Assembly (NCBI RefSeq): GCF_000284455.1 | Contig: NC_017039.1 | Span: 240,001-272,000, forward strand | DNA from: Synechocystis sp. PCC 6803 substr. PCC-P | GTDB lineage: Bacteria > Cyanobacteriota > Cyanobacteriia > Cyanobacteriales > Microcystaceae | Reading direction: 5' to 3' | DNA length: 32,000 nt | Shown here: positions 1 through 9,061 of the stretch, in pieces | Layout of the letters: each line of letters begins with the position of its first letter | Position numbering within the stretch: position 1 is the first letter of the stretch | Notes under the pieces: model-generated | What the model was told of the DNA's origin: nothing | What the model saw: the letters and a program-made list of their open reading frames with translations, nothing else | The model's database searches: none | Translations under genes and position numbers: made by a program

Positions 1-198
1 ATCCACCCGTTGAGTTACCACAAGGGTTTTGGGGTTAATGCCCTGGGGCAAATTGTCGGCGATCGCCCCTAGGTTAACGGGTGGCAAATTTTTGGAACCA
101 CCACTGGGGCTGAAATACCAAATCCCTGCCCCGATCAAACCCACCAGCATCAGGGCGGGGAAAAAGCCGCCGTTAGCTTTCGGTGACTTTTTAGTCAT
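1..198 (-). CDS. Partial CDS running off the left edge; small protein with an N-terminal transmembrane segment (MTKKSPKANGGFFPALMLVGLIGAGIWYFSPSGGSKNLPPVNLGAIADNLPQGINPKTLVVTQRVD...)
   Basis: Reverse-complement reading from ATG at 198 stays open for 66 codons to the window edge; a hydrophobic segment follows a basic N-terminus; it is co-directional with msrB and hhoA. It is absent from the ORF track because it is truncated. Confidence 0.7.
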   Translation of the reverse strand, partial: MTKKSPKANGGFFPALMLVGLIGAGIWYFSPSGGSKNLPPVNLGAIADNLPQGINPKTLVVTQRVD

Positions 199-298
199 CC
201 TTCGTCGGGTTGACCGAGGTTGGGGACGGTAAGAACTCACGGTGTAATGAGCGTTGATTAACGCTGAAAAATTGAAGTTGACAAAACCAAGAAAAAAC

Positions 299-829
299 CT
301 AAGCGCCGACAAACTTGAGGGAAACACCGTTCATGCAATAGCGTTTACCGGTGGGCTGGGGACCATCATCAAAAACGTGACCTAAATGGCCGCCACAACG
401 GGCGCAATGAACTTCAGTGCGAGTCATGAAAAAGGATTTATCGACAGTGTAAGCCACAGCATTTTCCAAGGGAGCATAGAAACTAGGCCAGCCGGTGCCG
501 GAATTAAACTTGGTTTCGGAAGAAAATAAGGGAAGCTCGCAACCAGCACATTCGTAAGTACCTAAATCATAGTTTTTGTCCAGGGGGCTAGTACCAGCTC
601 TTTCCGTGCCATGTTTGCGGAGTACTTTATAGGCCTCTGGACTTAGTTGCTGTTGCCATTCTGCATCGGTTTTGGTGACTTCAAAAACTTCGTTTGTTTT
701 AGGCATGATTTGAGGTTCTAGTTCGGATTTAAGTTGGGGTTGGGATTGGTTGGTTGAATTTACATATTGAGCCAGCCAGAAAGCTCCCAAGGAGGCGGTG
801 CCCACTTCTAAAAGGTAACGTCTTTTCAT
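299..829 (-). CDS. msrB: Peptide-methionine (R)-S-oxide reductase MsrB with an N-terminal signal or anchor sequence
   Basis: SelR family motifs: [45 protein letters not shown] and [12 protein letters not shown]; N-terminus [22 protein letters not shown] resembles a Tat or signal segment. Confidence 0.95.
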   Translation of the reverse strand: MKRRYLLEVGTASLGAFWLAQYVNSTNQSQPQLKSELEPQIMPKTNEVFEVTKTDAEWQQQLSPEAYKVLRKHGTERAGTSPLDKNYDLGTYECAGCELPLFSSETKFNSGTGWPSFYAPLENAVAYTVDKSFFMTRTEVHCARCGGHLGHVFDDGPQPTGKRYCMNGVSLKFVGA

Positions 830-862
830 GGTTAAAGTTTGGATGGGTGAGGTACGGGAAAC

Positions 863-2047
863 TTAACTGGTGGGATTACGAAGTTGGGCCGTTTGTACGG
901 TTAGGCTTAAACGGCGATCGCCCCGGAGTAGGTCGAGTTTGAGAGCTTTGTTCAAACCGGCTTGTTCTACTATGCGCTGTAGGCGGGCACCATCGCTAAT
1001 GGGAGTACCGTCCACCGCCACAATGACATCTCCCCGACGGATACCGGCCCTTTCAGCGGGGGTTCCGGGCAAGACCCGCATCACCAAAATGCCATCCACT
1101 TCAGGAATGATAAAGGGAGAATTGGGATTGCGATTATTCTGCTGGGCTTGGTCCACCGTGATATTCATCATTTGCACCCCAATGTAGGGATGGGGCACTG
1201 TTCCCCCCGCAGCGAGGGTATTTTGAATTGCCTTGGCCTGATCTATCGGAATGGCAAAACCAATGCCAGTGGCATCGGCTCGGATGGCGGTGTTAATGCC
1301 AATCACTTCTCCCCGGGCATTGAGCAACGGGCCACCGGAATTGCCGGGGTTAATGGCGGCATCGGTTTGAATAAATTCCACCCGCTTATCGGGGATACCG
1401 GCCTGGGCGGCGGATCTTCCCAATGTGCTAATAATTCCTAGGGTAACTGTATTATCTAACCCCACCGGATTACCCACGGCGATCGCCCAATCTCCCACCT
1501 GCAGATTACTGGAAGTGCCAAGGGGAGCCACTGGTAGGGCAGAACCCTGGGGCTCAATTTTCACCACAGCCAAATCTGTCACTTCATCGGTGCCCCGCAC
1601 CTGGCCGTCGAAAGTACGGCCATCCCGGAGAGTCACCACCACTTTACTGGCACCATCTACCACATGGGCGTTGGTGAGAATAATGCCACTGTTGTCGATA
1701 ATGAAGCCACTACCCTGGCCGGCAATGCGTCTTTCCCGGGGAGGTACGGGGAAGGATCTACCAAAAAATTCCTGGAAGAATGGGTCGTCCAAAATGGGGT
1801 CAGTGCGACGGGTTACCACTGTCTCCGTATCGATGCGCACCACCGCTGGCCCAGAACGGGATACGGCCGCCGCCACAAAGCTTTCTGAGGTCAAGGGTAC
1901 CGATGCCTGGGCGGTAATCACAGGAGCCGGGGGCAAATCGTCCGCCGCCGCCACTGCATGGGGTAAATTGGCGATACCAAAAGCCGTGCCCACTGCAAAA
2001 GCCAATAAGTAACCGCCGATGCGGCGTAACCAAGTGGGATATTTCAT
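863..2047 (-). CDS. hhoA: HtrA/DegP-type serine protease (HhoA-like), S1C family with one PDZ domain
   Basis: Catalytic motifs TNAHVVDG (His), TDLAVVKI (Asp) and GNSGGPLLN (Ser), then a PDZ domain; signal peptide MKYPTWLRRIGGYLLAFAVGTAFG...AVAA. ORF track starts at 2056; the more likely start is the internal ATG at 2047. Confidence 0.95.
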   Translation of the reverse strand: MKYPTWLRRIGGYLLAFAVGTAFGIANLPHAVAAADDLPPAPVITAQASVPLTSESFVAAAVSRSGPAVVRIDTETVVTRRTDPILDDPFFQEFFGRSFPVPPRERRIAGQGSGFIIDNSGIILTNAHVVDGASKVVVTLRDGRTFDGQVRGTDEVTDLAVVKIEPQGSALPVAPLGTSSNLQVGDWAIAVGNPVGLDNTVTLGIISTLGRSAAQAGIPDKRVEFIQTDAAINPGNSGGPLLNARGEVIGINTAIRADATGIGFAIPIDQAKAIQNTLAAGGTVPHPYIGVQMMNITVDQAQQNNRNPNSPFIIPEVDGILVMRVLPGTPAERAGIRRGDVIVAVDGTPISDGARLQRIVEQAGLNKALKLDLLRGDRRLSLTVQTAQLRNPTS

Positions 2048-2398
2048 CGTCTCCAAATACGCATTAGCAAGGATTTACAGAAATTTTCACTTTTGCCATT
2101 CTAACAGGGACGATTTTACCTAAGAATCCGTTTTCAAAGCTTTTCCACGCCACTGACTTGTGGGCAATAGACTAGCCCAAGCAAACTTGGGGGCCGGAGT
2201 GGGAGTTGCCGAACGGTTTCTTGGGATGGATTGACTCAACCCCGGGTGGGCTTGAGTTTGCTGCGCCCCAGGCTAGTTTTTCTTGAGTTTATCCCCCGTG
2301 ATAGGCTGATGGGGGGAGGAATCAGCCAGTCTGGCAACCTGCTACGATCGCCTCCTACTAAACCGCCCTATTTACCTTTGCACGACTGCATTACCGCC

Positions 2399-3094
2399 AT
2401 GGCAGAACCCATTTCCCTATTGTTAGTTGATGATGAACCCGGTGTACGGGAATCCGTGCAGGCGTTCCTAGAAGATAGTGGTGATTTTAAGGTGGATTTA
2501 GCGGCCAATGCCACGGAAGCTTGGGATTATCTTCAGCACCATTTGCCGGCTTTGGTCATTTCCGACATTATGATGCCCCAGGTGGACGGTTATCAGTTTT
2601 TGCAAAAGCTCCGGGAGGATGCCCGCTTCCAGTCGTTGCCGGTGGTGTTTCTCACGGCCCGGGGGATGACTGGCGATCGCATTCAAGGTTATCAAACTGG
2701 CTGTGACGCTTTTTTATCCAAGCCCTTTGACCCCGATGAATTGGAGGCGATCGTCCGTAATTTATTAGCTCGTCAACAGGCCAGTAGCGATGCGGGCAGT
2801 GAATCGGCTAAGTTACAGGAAATTTACCAGGAAATCCGGGCTTTAAAGGAGCAAATTGGCCAACCCAGCGGTATCCACACCACTCCGTCGCCGATCAAGC
2901 TGGATTTTACCCCCAGGGAACAGAGCGTTTTAGATTTGGTTTCCCAGGGCTTAATGAACAAAGAAATTGCGGCCCAGTTGAAGACCAGTGTCCGCAACGT
3001 GGAAAAGTATGTCAGTCGTTTATTTACCAAAACTGGGACTAATAGCCGCACTGAATTAGTTCGTTTTGCCCTGCAACACGGCTTAACAGAATAA
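2399..3094 (+). CDS. rre1: NarL/LuxR-type response regulator (REC + HTH), Rre1/Ycf29-like
   Basis: REC domain (LLVDDEPGVRES...LVISDIMMPQVDGYQFL...KPFD) and LuxR-type HTH (LTPREQSVLDLVSQGLMNKEIAAQLKTSVRNVEKYVSRLFTKTG). Likely start is ATG 2399 (MAEPISLL); the 56-aa upstream extension in the ORF track looks non-coding. Symbol from recollection of PCC 6803 slr1783. Confidence 0.9.
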   Translation: MAEPISLLLVDDEPGVRESVQAFLEDSGDFKVDLAANATEAWDYLQHHLPALVISDIMMPQVDGYQFLQKLREDARFQSLPVVFLTARGMTGDRIQGYQTGCDAFLSKPFDPDELEAIVRNLLARQQASSDAGSESAKLQEIYQEIRALKEQIGQPSGIHTTPSPIKLDFTPREQSVLDLVSQGLMNKEIAAQLKTSVRNVEKYVSRLFTKTGTNSRTELVRFALQHGLTE

Positions 3095-3157
3095 CTATGA
3101 CAAGTTCGCAGCAATTATTTGGTTGAGCCAGTCTTTTTTGATTTTTCCCAAGGTACT

Positions 3158-4144
3158 ATGTCTGAAAATTTTGCAGTTGCTACGCCGGTGCGGGTCGGAA
3201 TTGTCGGTACTGGTTATGCGGCCCAACGTCGGGCGGAAGTTTTCCGGGGCGATCGCCGTAGTCAATTGGTTAGTTTTTGGGGCAATAGTGAAGCCAATAC
3301 AGCTAAATTTGCCGATACTTTTGGAGTTAGACCCCAGCAATCTTGGCAGGCATTAATTAATGATCCAGAGATAGATTTAGTGCTCATTGCCACCATTAAC
3401 CAACTCCATGGGGCGATCGCCGAGGCGGCATTGCAAGCCGGTAAACATGTGGTGTTGGAATATCCTTTAGCGTTAACCTATGCCATGGGCAAAAAACTAC
3501 AACAGTTAGCCCGGGAAAAAGGTAAATTACTGCATGTGGAACATATTGAACTATTGGGGGGAGTACACCAAGCCATTCGCCAGAACCTAGGCAAAATTGG
3601 TGAGGTTTTTTACGCCCGCTATAGCACCATCATGGGACAAAATCCCGCTCCCCAACGTTGGACCTATCACCATCAGCAATTTGGCTTTCCTTTAGTGGCG
3701 GCCTTGTCCCGCATCAGTCGGTTTACGGATTTATTCGGTACAGTACAGCAGGTGGATGCCCAATGTCGTTTTTGGGATCAGCCTAATCCGGAATATTTTC
3801 GGGCTTGTTTAGCCACCGCCTATCTCCAGTTTAATAATGGTCTTAAAGCGGAGGTTATCTATGGCAAAGGGGAAGTTTTTCACCAGAATGAACGGATTTT
3901 TACCCTCCATGGCGATCGAGGCACCTTAATTTTTGTCGGGGAAACAGGTAGGTTAATTCAGGGACAAACGGAAACTGAAATTACCGTTGGTAGTCGTCGA
4001 GGACTGTTCAGACAAGACACGGAAGCAGTGTTGGATTATCTAACCACTGGTAAGCCCCTTTATGTGGATTTAGAAGCTAGTTTATATGCTTTAGAAGTGG
4101 CGGATCTCTGTGCCCAAGCTTGTGGATATAAGGTTGAAAATTAG
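3158..4144 (+). CDS. bvdR: Biliverdin reductase, Gfo/Idh/MocA-type oxidoreductase fold
   Basis: Rossmann motif VRVGIVGTGYAAQRRAE and overall similarity to cyanobacterial BvdR as I remember it; likely start ATG 3158 (MSENFAVATPVRVGIVG), downstream of the track start 3119. Confidence 0.88.
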   Translation: MSENFAVATPVRVGIVGTGYAAQRRAEVFRGDRRSQLVSFWGNSEANTAKFADTFGVRPQQSWQALINDPEIDLVLIATINQLHGAIAEAALQAGKHVVLEYPLALTYAMGKKLQQLAREKGKLLHVEHIELLGGVHQAIRQNLGKIGEVFYARYSTIMGQNPAPQRWTYHHQQFGFPLVAALSRISRFTDLFGTVQQVDAQCRFWDQPNPEYFRACLATAYLQFNNGLKAEVIYGKGEVFHQNERIFTLHGDRGTLIFVGETGRLIQGQTETEITVGSRRGLFRQDTEAVLDYLTTGKPLYVDLEASLYALEVADLCAQACGYKVEN

Positions 4145-4159
4145 CGGAAATATCGGCAG

Positions 4160-4708
4160 TTAGCCAAACAAAAATTGGCAGATATAAACTGCTGAAAAAA
4201 TCCCCACTACATCGGCCGTCAGCCCGGCCAGAAGGGCATAGCGAATTTTTTTAATGCCCACTGAACCAAAATAAACCGCCAGTACGTAAAATGTGGTTTC
4301 CGTAGAACCAAACATGGTGGCCGCAGTTTTCGCAATCAAGGAATCGGGGCCATGTTGTTCTACCAAGTCAGCAAACAAACCAAAGGAACCACTGCCGGAA
4401 AGGGGACGCATTAGGGCCAACAGTAAGTTCTCCGGCGGAAAATTGACCAAACTCAACACTGGGCTAAGCACCGTCAGCAATAAATCCAGCATGCCAGAAG
4501 CCCGAAACATGGCGATCGCCACTAGCATAGCCACTAGGAAAGGAATAATCCTCACGGCAATGGTGAAACCTTCCTGGGCTCCGTCCACAAAAACTTCGTA
4601 AACTTTAACTTTTTTGACCACCAGGCCATAAAAGGGAATGCCACAGAGCAAAAAGGGAATAACATATTTTGCTCCAGCATTAAAAATATCAGCGACGGAT
4701 TCGAGCAT
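4160..4708 (-). CDS. spmB: Spore maturation protein B-like / nucleoside recognition (Gate) domain membrane protein
   Basis: Multi-spanning membrane protein with SpmB-like sequence (VIPFLLCGIPFYGLVKK..., RPLSGSGSFG, TMFGSTETTFYVLAVYFGSVGIKKIRYAL). Confidence 0.85.
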   Translation of the reverse strand: MLESVADIFNAGAKYVIPFLLCGIPFYGLVVKKVKVYEVFVDGAQEGFTIAVRIIPFLVAMLVAIAMFRASGMLDLLLTVLSPVLSLVNFPPENLLLALMRPLSGSGSFGLFADLVEQHGPDSLIAKTAATMFGSTETTFYVLAVYFGSVGIKKIRYALLAGLTADVVGIFSAVYICQFLFG

Positions 4709-4782
4709 TATTTTTCTATATCCTGGGGGAAGTAAAAAGCACTAACAATTAGTTCTTATAGTTTTTATATTTATCAAACAAG

Positions 4783-5394
4783 TTAATTAAATTCTTCTTC
4801 TGGTTCCACCGTAGCAGGCAAAGCAAATATCTTAAGTCGGGCTAAAAGTTTAGCTGCAATAATGGCTGTTGCCGTGGAACAAGTAGTAGCCAAAATTGTT
4901 GAGAAAAAAATGTCATTGGCCGCCGTCCCCATTAAACCCACCACCGTAGCAGGCAAAATTAATTGCACACTGGAAGTATTAATAGCTAAAAACATACACA
5001 TGGCATCGGTGGCGATACTTTTATTGGGATTGATTTCCTCCAACTCCTGCATCGCTTTTAAGCCCAAAGGGGTGGCCGCATTACCTAGTCCCAAAATATT
5101 GGCGGACATATTCAACACAATGGAACCGATCGCCGGATGCTCTGGGGGCACATCGGGAAAGAGTTTGATAGTGATGGGTTTAACCAGCTTGGCAATTAAT
5201 TCCACCAAGCCGGCCGCTTCAGCAATTTTCATCATGCCCAACCACAGGGCCATAATGCCAATCAAACCAATGGAAAGTTCCACCGCTGTCCCGGCACTTT
5301 CAATGGCGGCCTCCGTCACTGCTTCAATTTTGCCCGTCACCGTCCCGGCTATCACCGATAGCAAAATAATTGCAAACCAAATGTAGTTGAGCAT
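4783..5394 (-). CDS. spmA: Spore maturation protein A-like / nucleoside recognition domain membrane protein
   Basis: SpmA-like sequence (LGMMKIAEAAGLVELIAKLVKP..., VLNMSANILGLGNAATPLGLKAMQELEEINP, MCMFLAINTSSVQLIP-type region). Likely start ATG 5394 (MLNYIWFAII) instead of 5436. Confidence 0.85.
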   Translation of the reverse strand: MLNYIWFAIILLSVIAGTVTGKIEAVTEAAIESAGTAVELSIGLIGIMALWLGMMKIAEAAGLVELIAKLVKPITIKLFPDVPPEHPAIGSIVLNMSANILGLGNAATPLGLKAMQELEEINPNKSIATDAMCMFLAINTSSVQLILPATVVGLMGTAANDIFFSTILATTCSTATAIIAAKLLARLKIFALPATVEPEEEFN

Positions 5395-5501
5395 AACCCC
5401 TAGGGTAAACTTCCCCATCCCAGACGGGGAAAGCACGAGCCTTGTTTCAATCGGGGTTACGCCAAGGCACTCCCAAATGCCCCAAACCTATGGGCTTGTC
5501 C

Positions 5502-7019
5502 CTAGTCTGTGTGGTAAATGCGCCGTCCGTAAAGCTCCGTAATGAAACTCAAATGCCCCGATAGCCAATCGTTGAGTTGGTCGGGATGGTAACGCCAACC
5601 CCAGTTGCCCGCCGCAGTGCCCGGTAAGTTCATGCGACAGTCACTACCCAAACCGAGGATGTCCTGGAGGGGAAAAATTGCTAGGGCCGCCACCGAACTG
5701 GACGCTAGGCGAATTAAGCTCCAATGGATACCTTCGTTGCACACACAGCCGAGGTAATTGATCACCTTTTGCTGATCATCCTCTGACCGTTCCTGAAACC
5801 AGCCCACGGTGGTGTCGTTGTCGTGGGTGCCGGTATAAACCACCGCGTTGCCATTGCTGTAGTTGAAGGGCAGAAAGGGATTACCCCGGTCGGAGTCAAA
5901 GGCGAAATGGAGCACTTTCATGCCGGGAAAGTTAAATTCATCCCGTAGCGCTTCCACTTCCGGAGTAATTACCCCCAAATCTTCGGCCACAATGGGTAAA
6001 TTATCACCCAGGGCTTTCCCTAGGGCTTGGAAAAATTCCTTGCCGGGGGCTGGATACCATTCGCCATTTTCAGCAGTTTTTTCCCCTTGGGGCACTCCCC
6101 AATAGGACTCGAAGCCCCGGAAATGGTCAATGCGGACAATGTCTAGATATTGCAGATTGGCTTTAAAACGCTTAATCCACCAGGCAAAGCCCGTAGCTTT
6201 GAGGGTTTCCCAGTCGTACACAGGATTACCCCAGAGTTGCCCTGTGGCACTGAAATAGTCCGGTGGTACCCCGGCCATCATGGCCGCTTCTCCGGTTTCC
6301 GGATCAAGGCAAAAGTTCTCTGGATTGGCCCAAACGTCAGCGCTATCGTGGGCAACGTAGATGGGTAGGTCCCCAAAAATGGCTATGTGCCGTTGGTTAG
6401 CGTAGGCTTTGACTTCCTGCCATTGGCGAAAACCAAGAAATTGCAAAAATTGATGGTATAAAACTTCCGTTTTCAGGCGATCGCCCCAGATTTTCAGGGC
6501 TTCCGGTTCCCGCCAGGCAATGTCCTTGTCCCATTGATGCCAACCGGCTCCATTGTGGGCTTCTTTGATGGCCATGAACAGGGCGTAATCTGCTAGCCAA
6601 TCACTTTGGGCTTGGCAAAATTCTGCAAATTCCTGCTCAATTGCTAGCTCTATGTTGGTACGGAACTGGGCAAAGGCCTGTTTTAAAACTTGGGATTTGT
6701 AGGCGATCGCCTGGTCATAATCCACCCTGGGGTTAGTAAATGGGGGGGCTTGGTCTAATAAACTCGGTGGCAAAAATCCTTCTTCAGCTAGGCGATCAAG
6801 GCTAATCAACCAAGGATTAATTGCTAGGGCAGAATAGCAAAGGTAAGGGGAATTGCCGAATCCGGTGGGGCCCAACGGCAATATTTGCCATACACTCTGG
6901 TCTGCGTCCGCCAAAAAATCGATGAACTGAAAAGCACCGTCCCCCAAGTCCCCAATGCCGAAACGACTGGGCAAGGAGGTGGGATGGAGCAGAATACCGC
7001 TACAGCGTTTATCTAACAT
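5502..7019 (-). CDS. malQ: 4-alpha-glucanotransferase (amylomaltase)
   Basis: GH77 sequence: RCSGILLHPTSLPSRFGIGDLG, LPIYVAHDSADVWANPE, YLDIVRIDHFRGFESYWGVP, PIVAEDLGVITPEVEALRD, VVYTGTHDNDTTVGWF, NLPGTAAGNWGWR. Confidence 0.97.
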   Translation of the reverse strand: MLDKRCSGILLHPTSLPSRFGIGDLGDGAFQFIDFLADADQSVWQILPLGPTGFGNSPYLCYSALAINPWLISLDRLAEEGFLPPSLLDQAPPFTNPRVDYDQAIAYKSQVLKQAFAQFRTNIELAIEQEFAEFCQAQSDWLADYALFMAIKEAHNGAGWHQWDKDIAWREPEALKIWGDRLKTEVLYHQFLQFLGFRQWQEVKAYANQRHIAIFGDLPIYVAHDSADVWANPENFCLDPETGEAAMMAGVPPDYFSATGQLWGNPVYDWETLKATGFAWWIKRFKANLQYLDIVRIDHFRGFESYWGVPQGEKTAENGEWYPAPGKEFFQALGKALGDNLPIVAEDLGVITPEVEALRDEFNFPGMKVLHFAFDSDRGNPFLPFNYSNGNAVVYTGTHDNDTTVGWFQERSEDDQQKVINYLGCVCNEGIHWSLIRLASSSVAALAIFPLQDILGLGSDCRMNLPGTAAGNWGWRYHPDQLNDWLSGHLSFITELYGRRIYHTD

Positions 7020-7116
7020 GCAAGCCTAGGAAGGAAAATCTCTTTCCAGATTTAACATATCCAACGGGCCAAGAAATGACTTTACTGGTTTTGGCGGCGC
7101 TACTGTCAAGATGTGC

Positions 7117-7569
7117 CTATAAACCCATGGGATCACAGCGAATTTCCACCTGAAAGCCATCCGGGTCATAAAAATAAATTCCCCGGCCCGTCGGCCTGGT
7201 CACGGGGCCCGATGCAATGGTCACTCCATGGGCTTCCAACACGGCGATCGCCTGGTCAAACTGTTCCGGGGCAATGTCAAACGCCAAATGATCGGTGCGA
7301 GTGAAGGATTGGTGGGGATCTACTGCCGGGGGAGATAAATTCGGTGTGGCAAACAGATCAATTACGGTGCCATCGGGGGTGATGAAATTGCTGACCTTTC
7401 CCTCTTCCACCATGGTTTTGAGGGTAAGGGGAATTTCTTCTCCCGCCAATGGTTTCAACCCCAAAATATGGCCGTAAAAGTGGCAGGATTTTTCCATATC
7501 TTTAACGTTCAAAGCAATGTGGTGCACACGCCGTAAACTACCCATAGGTAAACCAGAAGAAAGGGTCAT
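7117..7569 (-). CDS. VOC (glyoxalase/bleomycin resistance) family protein
   Basis: VOC fold motifs: RVHHIALNVKDMEKSCHFYGHILGLKP..., DHLAFDI, GRGIYFYDPDGFQVEI. Confidence 0.88.
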   Translation of the reverse strand: MTLSSGLPMGSLRRVHHIALNVKDMEKSCHFYGHILGLKPLAGEEIPLTLKTMVEEGKVSNFITPDGTVIDLFATPNLSPPAVDPHQSFTRTDHLAFDIAPEQFDQAIAVLEAHGVTIASGPVTRPTGRGIYFYDPDGFQVEIRCDPMGL

Positions 7570-7615
7570 GGTGAGAGAAAGGGCTCAACGATCAACACTG
7601 TCCCTGTTTTAATGG

Positions 7616-8713
7616 TTGATGGGCGGTTCTGCCAAATTTTTGTCGCCAACTTCCACTTCTCTTCTGCCTTTGTCTCAATCATTTCCACCCAATTTATCTA
7701 CTCCGTCCCAGCCTGACCAAACCATTGGGGAGTTAGGAGAACAAGCTCTGTTGGCCCAACTACAAAAATTTTCCCCGGCGGAGATAACGGGGGACGATGC
7801 CGCTGTGTTCGATTTACCCAACTCGGACTCCCTGGTAATCAGCACGGATATGTTGGTGGAAAATGTCCATTTTAGTGACCAAACCACCTCCGCTTTTGAC
7901 GTGGGTTGGCGGGGAGCAGCGGCCAATTTATCGGATTTAGCAGCCATGGGGGCCACACCGACGGGTATTACTGTGGCTTTGGCTTTGCCTCCCTCCACTC
8001 CGTTGGCTTGGATTTTAGACGTTTACAAAGGTTTGACGGCTTGTTTAGAGCCTTGGCGGACTCCAATTCTGGGGGGGGATGTTTCCCGATCGCCGCTTAA
8101 AACTATTAGCATTACGGTTTTGGGTCAAGTGCCCCAGGGTAAAGCCTTGTATCGTCACCAAGCCAAAGTGGGGGATTGGATTATTGCCACCGGCGACCAT
8201 GGAACGTCTAGAGCTGGCCTGGAATGTTTACTTCATCCGCACAAGACTGAGCATTTACCACCAGAACAAAAACTAATTTGGCAACGGGCCCATCAACGGC
8301 CCCAACCCCGCTTAGATTTAGTGCCCTCCCTTCTTAGCTTGGAAACGAGCATTGGCGCCATGGACAGCAGTGACGGCCTCGCTGATGCTGTATTGCAAAT
8401 TTGTCGGGCTAGTCAGATGGGAGCGGAGTTATGGGCGGAAAAACTCCCCATCCCCCAGGGGTTGACCGATTGGGTCGGTCTGGAAACTGCCAGGGAATGG
8501 ACTCTCTATGGCGGTGAAGATTTTGAATTAATCCTCGCGATTCCCCCTTTGGAAGCACAAAAATGGCTCATGGCGATCGCCTCTTTGGATTTATCCCCCA
8601 ACCGTTCTCCTCGAGTCATTGGTCAAATCACCAATGGGACTGAGGTGTTATTAGTGCTGGAGGAGGAAAGGGTAGAAAAATTATCTCTACAGCGGGGATT
8701 TCAGCATTTTTAG
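7616..8713 (+). CDS. thiL: Thiamine-monophosphate kinase
   Basis: ThiL/AIR synthase-like motifs: GDDAAVFDLP, STDMLVENVHF, GWRGAAANLSDLAAMGATP, GGDVSRSP, AMDSSDGLADA, YGGEDFELIL. True start may lie a little downstream of 7616. Confidence 0.93.
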   Translation: MMGGSAKFLSPTSTSLLPLSQSFPPNLSTPSQPDQTIGELGEQALLAQLQKFSPAEITGDDAAVFDLPNSDSLVISTDMLVENVHFSDQTTSAFDVGWRGAAANLSDLAAMGATPTGITVALALPPSTPLAWILDVYKGLTACLEPWRTPILGGDVSRSPLKTISITVLGQVPQGKALYRHQAKVGDWIIATGDHGTSRAGLECLLHPHKTEHLPPEQKLIWQRAHQRPQPRLDLVPSLLSLETSIGAMDSSDGLADAVLQICRASQMGAELWAEKLPIPQGLTDWVGLETAREWTLYGGEDFELILAIPPLEAQKWLMAIASLDLSPNRSPRVIGQITNGTEVLLVLEEERVEKLSLQRGFQHF

Positions 8714-9024
8714 TTTTGATAACATCTTTCGCTGCTAGATGCAAAAAAAGTTTAGTAAATTTCTACGAATCAGAGAAACTGATCTTGAAGAAGTGGTATT
8801 TTTTCAGACTTAGGCCAAAAAGTGTGAAGATAAATTACAATACTTATGGTATTTAAGTATTATTAAAAGCTTTTATGGATCAGCGTTATAACCGCTTTAC
8901 ACGTATCAGGTTGATTCGGAATGGGTTCTAGCCCGATAGAGAGATAAATATTAGCCCCCAGACTTGTTTTACTAAGTATTATTTAAATATCTACCAAAGG
9001 GATGATGGCAGAAGAATTTTGGTA

Positions 9025-9030
9025 TATAAT
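9025..9030 (+). promoter_or_regulatory. Candidate -10 hexamer (TATAAT) upstream of the 9062 gene
   Basis: Exact TATAAT at 9025-9030 in an AT-rich 348-bp intergenic region, 32 nt before ATG 9062. No convincing -35 seen. Confidence 0.4.
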
Positions 9031-9061
9031 GCCGCCATGATCCAATTACCAAAATCCTCCC

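Noticed and set aside
1425-2012. 195-aa plus-strand ORF and other ORFs inside hhoA
   Set aside because: Antisense or alternate-frame shadows of the well-supported protease gene.
4862-5386. 174-aa plus-strand ORF
   Set aside because: Antisense shadow of the clearly recognisable SpmA-like gene.
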